Positions 54,716 to 64,000 of a DNA stretch of 64,000 bases are shown here, in pieces (the first letter of the stretch is position 1; every line of letters begins with the position of its first letter). The DNA comes from Candidatus Bathyarchaeota archaeon. Its GTDB lineage: Archaea > Thermoproteota > Bathyarchaeia > Bathyarchaeales > DTEX01. Position numbers and translations under genes: made by a program. The notes below the pieces were generated by a model that was given only the letters and a program-made list of their open reading frames with translations, had not been told where the DNA came from and did no database searches. The stretch spans positions 544,001 through 608,000 of the forward strand of contig CAVQNT010000002.1 of NCBI GenBank assembly GCA_963714275.1, written 5' to 3'.

Positions 54716-55723
54716 TGATTTTCCCTCGACACACTCTGAACACCTGAATATCTTCATATCCATGTCGTCCATAGATGAACGTGACTCAGTCACTTCGTAT
54801 TCAACTTTTTTCAGGTTCGTCTGCAATGAGCTTATTTTCACTTCGTACAACTGTTGAAAAATTTCACCGACTGAATATCTTACTTCAAGCTCCTTGATTT
54901 CATCCTTTACACGCGATGCTTCAAGCTCAAGATTCATGATTTTTTCAATTTTACTTCGCCTTAATGCAGCCCAACGATCCGAAATTGAACCCAGTCTTTG
55001 CCGGCAGAGCGAAAATGCTTTATCCATTTCTGCTGTTTTAGGTCCGATTGTTATTTTTTCTTTTATCATCGAAAGGTACTGTTCGATTATTCCAGTTTCG
55101 TCTTCAATCGGTAAAGTCGATAAAGTTGAATCAATCTTCGAAATTAGGTACTCCCATCTCTGAAATCCTGCGGAATACATCTTCACTCGGGAGGTTTCGT
55201 CAGCAAAAAAATCGCTTTGAAGGACGTCCGAATACGCCCGTACATATTGGAGGTTCACGTTTTTTGGTGTCCGTGTAGATTCAATGATGGGCATTGTGGG
55301 TGCAGGCGTGCTAACCTTCTCTTTTGCCCATTCCAACTTGGCTTTGGCTTTTGTAGCTCAAGAGATTCCCGCAGTCTGAAAATATCTTCAACAGACACGG
55401 ACAACTGGTTGCCCAGTTCATCCATGATGAGCCTGTATGCGTTTTCTGGAATCTCGCCTGTTTTAGACAGACTTAGCAAGCTCTTCTAAACTTAGGGATA
55501 TTTCCTTTACTCTCTTAACATATGACTGAAATTCTTTAAGGTATTCGTCAACTTCGTTATCTAGCTCTTTAATCGAAACCTCTGAAATGGGAATAAGCTT
55601 ATCCTTATCTTGAGGAATGGACTTCGCCTCATCCAAACGTCTCTGAACAGGCGTAGGAATTCTTTGTTTTTTGGCTGACCCAGCCGACGATTTCCTTCCT
55701 ACTCGTTCAAAGAAGCTTGCCAA
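54712..55723 (-). CDS. Soluble coiled-coil protein with CdvA-like/SHOCT-like segments (three probable sequencing indels; about 335 aa)
   Basis: Joined from ORFs 55463-55723, 55255-55479 and the first 207 codons of 53243-55336; IKELEVRYSVGEI motif. Confidence 0.68.
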
Positions 55724-55861
55724 ATTTTTTGCCCTACTTGCATGCTTTATGATAGTGTACTTCCTAACGCGAAGTGTAATTTATTTCAAGTATTCTTGGA
55801 TATATATTCCTTTTTATAAAAAGGGAAACTTTCAATAGGTCGTCGGTTTTCTGTGAGGTTA

Positions 55862-55950
55862 TCTGGTCTGATTTGTGTAACAAGTGAGCTTTTGTTTTGT
55901 GCAACAATACTGGAGCTTATGAAAATTGAACCATTTCAAAGAACGTTTGT
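55862..55950 (+). repeat. Dispersed intergenic repeat, locus E
   Basis: Near-identical to 9367-9455; begins TCTGGTCTGATTTGTGTAACA. Confidence 0.85.
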
Positions 55951-56018
55951 TAAGTTGTTTCGGAATAATTTGACCTAATTTGTTATTGGTCTTTTGATCT
56001 CTGGATTACACAGAATCT

Positions 56019-56297
56019 TTGTTGAGTGATTTTTCAGAAGTTGACAATGGAATCTACGTTAGCAGGTTCAGCGGAAACGTAAATCCACAAAGCGGGGACT
56101 TTTCGGGACTCGTAAAGCAGGCAAGCTACGTCGAAAAAGGAGAAATCAAGTTTCCCTTAAAAGAGACCATTATTTCTGGTAACACTTTTGAGGCTTTACG
56201 GAACATTGTTCGGATTGGAAGCGAAACTAGACCAACCTTAATGGACGTCTATACTCCGCCCTTGTTTTTGAAGAATCTTAAAATTGTTTCAAAATAG
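56019..56297 (+). pseudogene. C-terminal fragment of a TldD/PmbA family protein
   Basis: GIYV.RFSG.VNP.SGDFS...VEKGEI..P.....ISGN; the N-terminal several hundred residues are absent. Confidence 0.8.
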
Positions 56298-56366
56298 ATT
56301 TACCATGCTTGTTTTTATCTTTCAAGTAATAATACAATAAAGAGTGTTAAAGGTTGGTTCATCCAC

Positions 56367-57913
56367 ATGGAACTAAAAGCCAAGATACTGGGTTTAGAAG
56401 CTGGCGGAAAATTTATTGTTGTCCTTAATCGTGAAGATGCTGAGGACCTGAGCGTTTCAAGCTTAGACAGGGTTAGGATCAAAGGTCGCAGCAACGAAGT
56501 CATCGCGATTGTGAACATCACGACCAAGCTTATCGAAGAAGGAACAGTCGGAATCTACGAGGAAGTCAAAAACAGCTTAGACCTGAAAGAAGGCGCTATA
56601 GTTGATGTCGAGATTGCTCCCTTGCCTACATCGGTCTATTTCATCCGAAACAAGCTGAACAGAAGAAAACTCACATACGAAGAAATCCATGAGGTAATCC
56701 AAGATGTTGTGAAGGGCAAGCTAAGCGAAATTGAGATCGCGTCCTTTGTCACGGCCCTTCATATTTTCGGACTTGATTTGGACGAGGCAACAAGTCTTTC
56801 AACAGCAATGGTCGAGACTGGTAACGTTCTGAAAATCAACAAGCCAGTGATTGTTGATAAACATTCAATCGGCGGAGTCCCTGGAGACAAAACAACATTA
56901 CTCGTTGTGCCAATAGTCGCTGCAGCTGGCTTAACCATACCTAAGTCTTCGTCCAGAGCCATAACCTCAGCTGCAGGTTCAGCGGACAGAATCGAAGTTC
57001 TCATGCCCGTGAACCTTGGGCTGGAAGAAATGCAGAAAGTGGTCGAAAAGACCAACGGTTGCATGGTTTGGGGAGGAAACTTAAACCTTGCGCCTGCGGA
57101 TGACATTTTCATTAGGGTTGAGCATCCGCTTTCGATTGACCCGCTTCTTTTGCCTTCGATAATGAGTAAGAAGAAGGCTGTTGGAGCAAATCTCATGGTT
57201 CTAGACATCCCCACGGGCAGAGGCACAAAAGTTAAAACCATAGGCGACGCTGACCTTTTGGCGAAGGATTTCATGGAAGCTAGGCCGACCGGCTAAACAT
57301 TAAGGTTCAATGCGCAGTGACCTATGGCGAACAGCCAGTTGGACACACGATCGGACCTGCATTGGAAGCCAGAGAAGCTTTAGGCGTCTTAATGGGAGAG
57401 GTGGAAGTGCCGGACCTTGTTGACAAAGCCACGAACATAGCAGGCATATTACTGGAAATGAGCGGAAAAAGCAACGGGAAAGAAACTGCCCTAGAAATCT
57501 TAAGGTCAGGCAAGGCAGAAAAGAATCTGCGTGAAATTATCGAAGCCCAAGGCGGAAACCCAGACGTTAAAATTGAGGATATATCTGTAGGCGAAAAGAC
57601 ATGCACAATGTGTTCAAGAAAAGAGGGCTATCTGCTCTGGATCAACAATGCGCCGCTTGCTGAGGTTGCTAGGCTTGCGGGAGCACCAAAGGACAAGGGA
57701 GCAGGCGTCTACCTCTACAAAAAAATTGGGGACAGAGTGAAAACGAACGAGCCACTGTTGGCAATCCATGCCGAAAGGAACCTTAAGCTGCAGAGGGCTC
57801 TGGATGAGCTTGAAAGGTCTGATGTTCTCGGCATAGGTGAACGGATGGACATGCTTATCCACGAAGTCAGGGAACTACCTGTGGCAAAGTCAACATTCAC
57901 GATTGAACGTTAA
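56367..57913 (+). CDS. AMP phosphorylase (frameshift near 57283)
   Basis: DKHSIGGVPG.K, PKSSSRAITS.AG.AD, SIMSKK, IGPALEA, GAPKDKGAG. Confidence 0.93.
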
Positions 57914-57932
57914 TTTTAGCTGCGTGTATTCT

Positions 57933-58646
57933 TTGATCCGAGCAGTTACGTTCGACCTTTGGAACACGTTGATCGAGAACCGTGACTACACTGATCAAAG
58001 GATCAATTACTTAATCTCTGCGTTGGGGAAAATGGGGCACCAATTTACGAGAGGTGAGGTTTCGGAAGCCGTTGCCTCGTCATTAACGTATGTGTACAAG
58101 GTTTGGGAAACCGAGAACTACCGTTTTGTTCCAACCAAAGAAAGACTGGACTATATTCTCGAAAAACTTTCTGTGCAGTTGCCTGAGGAATTACAACAGA
58201 ACGTCATCACATACTTCGAAGAAATTGCTCTGCCAGATCATCCCCGATTAATTAAGGATGTAAAAGATACCCTTGAGCACCTAAGCCCGAAATATAAAAT
58301 GGGAATTATCAGCGATAGCGGCTTCACGCCAGCAAGGATTCTTAGAAAAATCATAATCAAAAACGGGATTCTCGACCTTTTCGACACAACTTTATTTTCT
58401 GACGAGACTGGATACAACAAACCTCACAGAATTATGTTTGAAAAGGTTCTTTCAGCCCTATCAGTGAAGCCTTTTGAAGCCATACACGTTGGCGACTTAC
58501 TGCATACCGACATTAAAGGAGCAAAGGCATTCGGGATGAAAGCTGCATGGTTAGATTATGAAGGAAAAAAATCAGATGAAGCCTACAAGCCTGATTTCAT
58601 TGTTCATAGTATATGTGAGATTATTGATGTTTTGGACAAACTTTGA
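57933..58646 (+). CDS. HAD-superfamily hydrolase
   Basis: FDLWNTL, IISD, KP...F, HVGD...DI.GA. Confidence 0.9.
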   Translation: MIRAVTFDLWNTLIENRDYTDQRINYLISALGKMGHQFTRGEVSEAVASSLTYVYKVWETENYRFVPTKERLDYILEKLSVQLPEELQQNVITYFEEIALPDHPRLIKDVKDTLEHLSPKYKMGIISDSGFTPARILRKIIIKNGILDLFDTTLFSDETGYNKPHRIMFEKVLSALSVKPFEAIHVGDLLHTDIKGAKAFGMKAAWLDYEGKKSDEAYKPDFIVHSICEIIDVLDKL

Positions 58647-58663
58647 TAAGAGTGTAATTTTTT

Positions 58664-59222
58664 TTAAAGTATATGTTCTAACAATGTTTTTACGCCTGTG
58701 CCGATGAGGATAAAGCCTCCGACAATTTCGATTTTACTGCCAAAGTATTGTCCGAACCTGTCACCTAGGTAGACGCTAAAAAATGACATTACAAAAGGCA
58801 CTATCCCAATTACGACTGCTGGAAACAGAATGACAACTCGAAGAAAGGAGAACCCAACGCCTACAGCGAGGGCGTCGATGCTTGTGGCAACAGAAAGCGT
58901 TAATAAAACATATCCACTTGAAGGATCAGCTTTCTCTTCTCCGCTCTTTCTCTTAATTACTTCGAAAAGCATTTTCCCTCCGATCAGGCTTAGAAGGGCG
59001 AAGGCTATCCAATGATCGACGTCTGAAATAAAGTCAAGTAAGCTGGTTCCTCCCAGCCACCCAATGATTGGCATGGTGGACTGGAAAAATCCGAATGACG
59101 TTCCTACCTTTAGGGCGAAACTGGGTTTTTATCTCCTTCATTGTTAGACCGCTTGTGATTGCTACTGAGAAGCAGTCCATTGCCAGTCCGACTGCGATGA
59201 GCAGTATTTCTGTAATGTCCAA
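58664..59222 (-). CDS. mntP: Manganese efflux pump MntP (frameshift near 59128)
   Basis: GLAMDCFSVAI, DHWIAF.LL, ATSIDALAVG. Confidence 0.92.
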
Positions 59223-59334
59223 CGAACACCACTGGTTTACAGCAACTTTATTTCGCCTTACAACCTATAAGACGCATATAAGGATGCCCTGAAAAAGAAG
59301 CCCCATAAAAAATATAGGAGTATATTTAACAGCA

Positions 59335-60601
59335 ATGCCACTTCAGGAAAGACTCTTCAAGGTTACGAAGGCAGAAAGAAACCGCAACTTATGCACGTCT
59401 TGCTATGGACATCGAAAACTTTGTGGAAAGCCAGTTTGTCCCATTCTTGTTAAGGCTGAGACCTTGATGAAGCTCGAGAAGGGGCTTAACAAGGAAAACA
59501 TTTTTGGCTCTTCGCCTCCCGCGGTTTTCGTGGGTTCATGGAACTACCCCAAGGTTTTGAGCTGGACCTCTTGTTCCTCCGTTGCCTTCTGTTGACTCCT
59601 CGATTATGGACACGCCTGAAATGTGGCTCGACAAATCAATGGACGAGATTCTCAGGTACAGGTTTTCGTTAGTCAGGGGAAAACGGTTCGTGGACATAAA
59701 ATCCGCGAGGGCTCCAAGCGGTCTTCTCTCGACTTTTCAGGAAGTAGTCATGGCTTCTAAGCCCGTCGACACTGAATTGTGGTTCAACAAGCGACCTAGG
59801 CTGGAGGTGACTTTCACTTCGCGGGAGCCGCCTTCTGGACCGTCCGCATCCATCACGCGTGCAGTTTTGGCTGAGAACCCGAATGTTCCAAGACCCGTTG
59901 AAAAGGTGGTTTCTGACACGGACTTGAAGGCTGTTGAAGGAATAATGACGCTTTACAAATCGGAAATCAGTCAACGCCAGATCACCCGCATGCTATCTAT
60001 TGGTTTGCTGGGAACAAAAAGGCTCAAACGCCTCGTGCCTACGGAGTGGAGCATAACAGCCGTCGATGACATTTTGGGCAAAAAAATCCACAAGGAAATC
60101 CTCGGGTATCCGTGGATAAACGAGTTCATGGTCTTAGGTCACAAGGCACTTGGTAACAACGTGCAGATCCTGTTTTTTCCTTCTTCATGGATGTTCGAAG
60201 CTCAGGAAGCTTGGCTTTTCTCGGCTGATACGGTGCCCGGTGTAGACTACGAGCTTGTTTGGGGACGCAAAAACTACGCTACAGACCTTGCTGGAGCTTA
60301 CTACGCAGCTAGGCTACCGGTCTTAGAGTATCTTAAACGTATAAGGAGACAAGCTGGCGCTTTAGTCTTCATGGAGGTCTATCCTGATTGGATTCCCATG
60401 GGCGTTTGGAGGTTCAGAGAAATATGCCGAGAAGCCCTGAGGAAAGAGTCACTTAAATTTAATACGCTCGAAGAAAGCCTTGCTGAGCTTGGGAAAAGGC
60501 TTACGCTTCCTTTGGACAGGTGGTTGAAAAAGAGCCAAATACTAACATGGCATAAAATGCAGAAAAAACTAACCAACTTTTTAGATCAGAAAGCTTCATG
60601 A
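59335..60601 (+). CDS. nreA: Nre family DNA repair protein (frameshift near 59560)
   Basis: C..C.G...LCG...CP, GSSPP.VFVG..NYPKV, LVPT.WSITAVDD, C-terminal PIP-like QKKLTNF. Confidence 0.9.
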
Positions 60602-60664
60602 GATACAAATCGTTAAATCTAATCCCTACTTACATGGAGATAAACCAAAAATCCAGACAAAAAC

Positions 60665-60982
60665 GTGGAGTCTAGAAAATTGAAGCCAAACAGAAAAAAA
60701 CAAATTTCCCGTGAAGAAGTGGAGCATGTCGCCTGGTTGGCGCATGTAGAACTCACCGAAGAAGAGAAGGAGGTCTTCACGGAACAGTTTAACAAGATTT
60801 TAGGTTTTTTCAAAAAAATCGATGAGGCAGACACTGAACATGTGCCTCCAACTTACCATGTCTTAGATCTTGTCAACGTCCAACGGGCAGACGAGGTGGG
60901 AGAATCCTTACCGAAGGACGAACCGCTCAAGAACGCTCCGAAGAAGGAGGAAAGGTTCTTTAAATCACCGAGAATAGTCTAA
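60665..60982 (+). CDS. gatC: Asp/Glu-tRNA amidotransferase subunit C
   Basis: ISREEVEHVA.LA...L...E; NAP......F..P.I. Confidence 0.92.
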   Translation: MESRKLKPNRKKQISREEVEHVAWLAHVELTEEEKEVFTEQFNKILGFFKKIDEADTEHVPPTYHVLDLVNVQRADEVGESLPKDEPLKNAPKKEERFFKSPRIV

Positions 60983-60992
60983 AAAGTCAACA

Positions 60993-62472
60993 TTGAGGAG
61001 AAATTTTGTGCCTAAACCTTACGAACTGACCGCAACAGAAGCTGCGAGAAAAATTAAAAGTCAAGAATTAACGTCTGAGGAGTACCTGCTTTCAATATTT
61101 GACAGAATAAAAGAAACCGAAGGTAAGGTTCACGCCTTCATCACCATCACTAAAGATAAGGCGATAGAAAAAGCCAAGGAAACTGACAGACATATTCGTA
61201 AGCGAGGAAAGATCGGTGTTCTCGCAGGTGTTCCAATAGTCGTTAAAGACAACATCTGCACGCGCGGAGTGCGGACAACGTGTTCATCTCGCATGCTTAA
61301 GGATTATGTGCCCCCTTACGATGCGACGGTCATAGAAAAACTCAACAACGAAGGCGCAATCGTCTTTGGCAAAACGAACATGGATGAGTACGCAATGGGA
61401 ACAACCACTGAAACAAGCTTCTATGGCACAACGCTAAACCCATGGAACCCCAAAAAAGTGCCAGGCGGATCTTCAGGCGGAAGCGCAGCTGCAGTAACAG
61501 CGGAAGAAGCACCCTTAGCCTTGGGTTCAGACACTGGAGGCTCGATAAGGTGCCCCGCCAGCTACTGTTCAGTTGCGGGGCTGAAGCCTACTTATGGTCT
61601 TGTCAGTCGCTATGGGCTCATTTCGTATGCTAATAGCCTTGAACAGATCGGTCCTTTAGCTAGAAACGTTCGAGATTGCGCCCTTTTTCTTTCTATTATC
61701 AGTGGACATGACAGTAAGGATAGCACCTCCGTTGATTTACCTTCCAAAGACTATACAACTTTTCTTAAAGAAGATGTTAAAGGTCTAAGAATTGGCGTGC
61801 CACAGGAATTTTTTAGCGAAGGAGTCGAAGATGGCGTCAAAGAATCCGTCTGGGAAGCCATTGGCAAGCTTGAGAACCTCGACTGCACGTATGATGAAAT
61901 CTCTCTTCCAAGCATGAGTTATGCGTTGGCTGCATACTATATTGTGGCAATGTCAGAAGCCAGTTCAAACCTTGCACGTTACGATGGGTTACGTTACGGT
62001 TTCCGCGAGGAACGGGATGAAGGAGATTGGGCAACTGTCTACGCGATGGACCGGAAGGAAGGATTCGGGACCGAGGTGAGAAGGCGAATAATCCTCGGCA
62101 CCTACGCCTTGTCAGACTGGTTACTATGATCAATATTACCTCAAAGCATTGAGGGTTCGAACAATTTTACGCAGAGACTTCGAAAAAGCCTTCAGAAGTT
62201 TCGACGTTCTCGTTGGTCCAACGATGCCACTTTTGCCTTTCAACATCGGCGAGAAGATAGATGATCCATTAACTCTTTACATGTGCGACATTTTGACTGT
62301 GCCAGCAAATCTAACAGGCTACCCAGCTATTTCTGTTCCTTGCGGTTTCCAAAATGGTCTGCCGATTGGGCTGCAGATAATAGGGAAACCTTTTGATGAA
62401 GAAACCGTCCTTCGAGTAGCACATGCATATGAACAGAACACTGAACACCACCTTCACAAACCGAACCTTTAA
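60993..62472 (+). CDS. gatA: Asp/Glu-tRNA amidotransferase subunit A (frameshift near 62115)
   Basis: [45 protein letters not shown]. Confidence 0.96.
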
Positions 62473-62652
62473 TTTGCTAATGGGTCTGTGATGCGTTTCT
62501 CTAGTGGATTGCTGAACTATGGGACAGTAAATAAGGAATAATGATAGATTCCCGTTCCTACAGAAGACATGAAAAACGAAAAAAAAATTACTTAAGAGCG
62601 ACCATTTAAAAAGAAAGAGTATTTTGGGGATTGTTTTATTGCGATTGATGGG

Positions 62653-63438
62653 CTACTTTGCCCCAAGCTTCTTCAGGTTTTGGATGCTGACTTTGATGCT
62701 TTCCATGGGAGGCAGGTCACGTAGTTGGTCCTGCTCAACGCTTCCCCATTCCACCCCTGCCTTCTGGGCAGCTGAACAGGACGGATTTGAAGTCAACTAC
62801 TCCGGTTCCGACTTCGGTCCATATGCCTTTTAATCTCGGATCGTTGAGGACATTGGTCACGATGTCTTTACTGAAATCCTTCAGGTGGATGAGTGGGCAT
62901 CTGCCTTTGTATTTCTGTATGAATTTGGCTGGGTCCTCACCTCCGATCGTTACCCAAGCGACGTCAATTTGTGCCGCTAGATACCGTGGGTCAGTGTTTT
63001 CAAATAGAATGTCCAAGCCGTATTCTCGTCGAACTTTGCAAACTCTTGGCAGTGGTTGTGATAACATAACTGTATTCCTTCCGCATGAAGCTTCTTCCCG
63101 ATTTCGTTGTAAGTCTTGGCGTCCTGTAGAACCTGCTCCTTCGACTGGCATGGACTATAATAAATGACGACGTACTTGCAGTCCAATGCTTTTACTGTGT
63201 TAACAATTTCGTTGAACTTACTATTCAAAAGGTCCACGTTAGACCCATACGCCACAGTCTTCAGTCCTAACGAACCAAGTTTTTGCCTGTAATCCATGAC
63301 TGAACCTGCGGCTCCGGGCGGAAGACCGCTTTCGATTCCTTTGAAACCAAGCTCGGCTACCTTTTTTAGGGTGCCCCAATAATCTTTTTCGAGCTCGCTT
63401 CTGATTATGCCAATAAGACCAATTTGCAAGTTTTGCAC
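62653..63438 (-). CDS. Sugar phosphate isomerase/epimerase (IolE-like TIM barrel), two frameshifts
   Basis: GFKGIE, YHNH..EF, QIDVAW, HLKD, EVG.G.VDF, VEQD. Confidence 0.88.
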
Positions 63439-63683
63439 CCATCCGTCTTGTCAGTATATCTTTAATCGCATGTGCCCTAACCTATAAACGTTCGCAAAAA
63501 CGGTATCTTGTGCGTTCTGTTACATCAAAAAATCATAAATTAAAAGAAACCCAGAAAATATACAAATTTCTATTTAATTTCCTTAGTTGCAATGATATAT
63601 TAGTCAATATTTGACTTCTGAAAAAAGAATAAAATTCTTAAATGCATAAAGCAGTGAAATATTCAATTGGGGTTCGAACTGCG

Positions 63684-64000
63684 TTGAGCGTTGATGGTCA
63701 CAATTCTCCCAACAACTTCATCTTGAGAATAACGAGAGAAGAATGGTTCAAGCAGGTTTTCTCGATAAAAAAATATTTTCCAGGCATGAGTAGACGTTGG
63801 GAACCAAAAGGCACAATCCTTTTGGTACGAAAAACCGAGAACGGAGACTCCTTCGTTGGCTACGGCGTCCTCGACGAATTCGTGAAGAGGGAGATGCTGC
63901 CAGACGAAAAAAGAAAAGAGTGCGAGGCAATGGGCTGGAAAGGTGTCCTAATTTTCAAGGAATTGTATAGGTTTGAGCCTCCCCTAAAAATTAAGGACAC
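63684..64000 (+). CDS. Hypothetical protein, possibly EVE/PUA-like, truncated by the window edge
   Basis: Open frame NNFILRITREEW...KKYFPG...ILLVRK...DSFVGYGV...RFEPPL. Confidence 0.5.
   Translation, partial: MSVDGHNSPNNFILRITREEWFKQVFSIKKYFPGMSRRWEPKGTILLVRKTENGDSFVGYGVLDEFVKREMLPDEKRKECEAMGWKGVLIFKELYRFEPPLKIKD

Noticed and set aside
53243-55336. 697-aa ORF as a real fusion of a coiled-coil domain and a secreted protein
   Set aside because: An internal signal peptide begins at 54715, and a one-base repair near 54733 gives a stop overlapping that ATG (ATGA), matching the coupling of the next gene.
5633-62472. Genome-wide pseudogenisation or reductive evolution
   Set aside because: Lesions are single-base, motif-associated and hit essential genes whose sequences are otherwise well conserved.

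Overview
Archaeal chromosomal window, most likely Bathyarchaeia/TACK. This is inferred from gene content: short XPF, RtcB, Lhr, CDC48/VAT, aEF-1beta, Sec61beta, CTP-dependent riboflavin kinase, AMP phosphorylase, Nre, GatCA and a tRNA with a non-canonical BHB intron. Housekeeping blocks (1-13.8 kb, 35-49 kb, 56-64 kb) surround an accessory region that starts at an intron-containing tRNA-Leu. That region holds a Zn-ribbon tyrosine integrase, two P-type ATPases, metal-handling genes and small regulator-like ORFs. About 27 frameshifts or in-frame stops break otherwise intact genes; about 20 sit at or beside a present or reconstructable AGCT, which points to motif-dependent (probably methylation-related) sequencing error rather than pseudogenisation or recoding. 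Best candidates for undescribed biology: (1) a translationally coupled three-gene operon at 49.3-55.7 kb (soluble coiled-coil protein, Ig-like surface protein, ATPase-less FtsX/MacB-type permease) in which all three proteins carry the same CdvA/SHOCT-like helical motif; (2) a dispersed intergenic repeat family built from about 61-bp units with paired sites, at five loci. All family assignments come from motif recognition by eye, without database searches.
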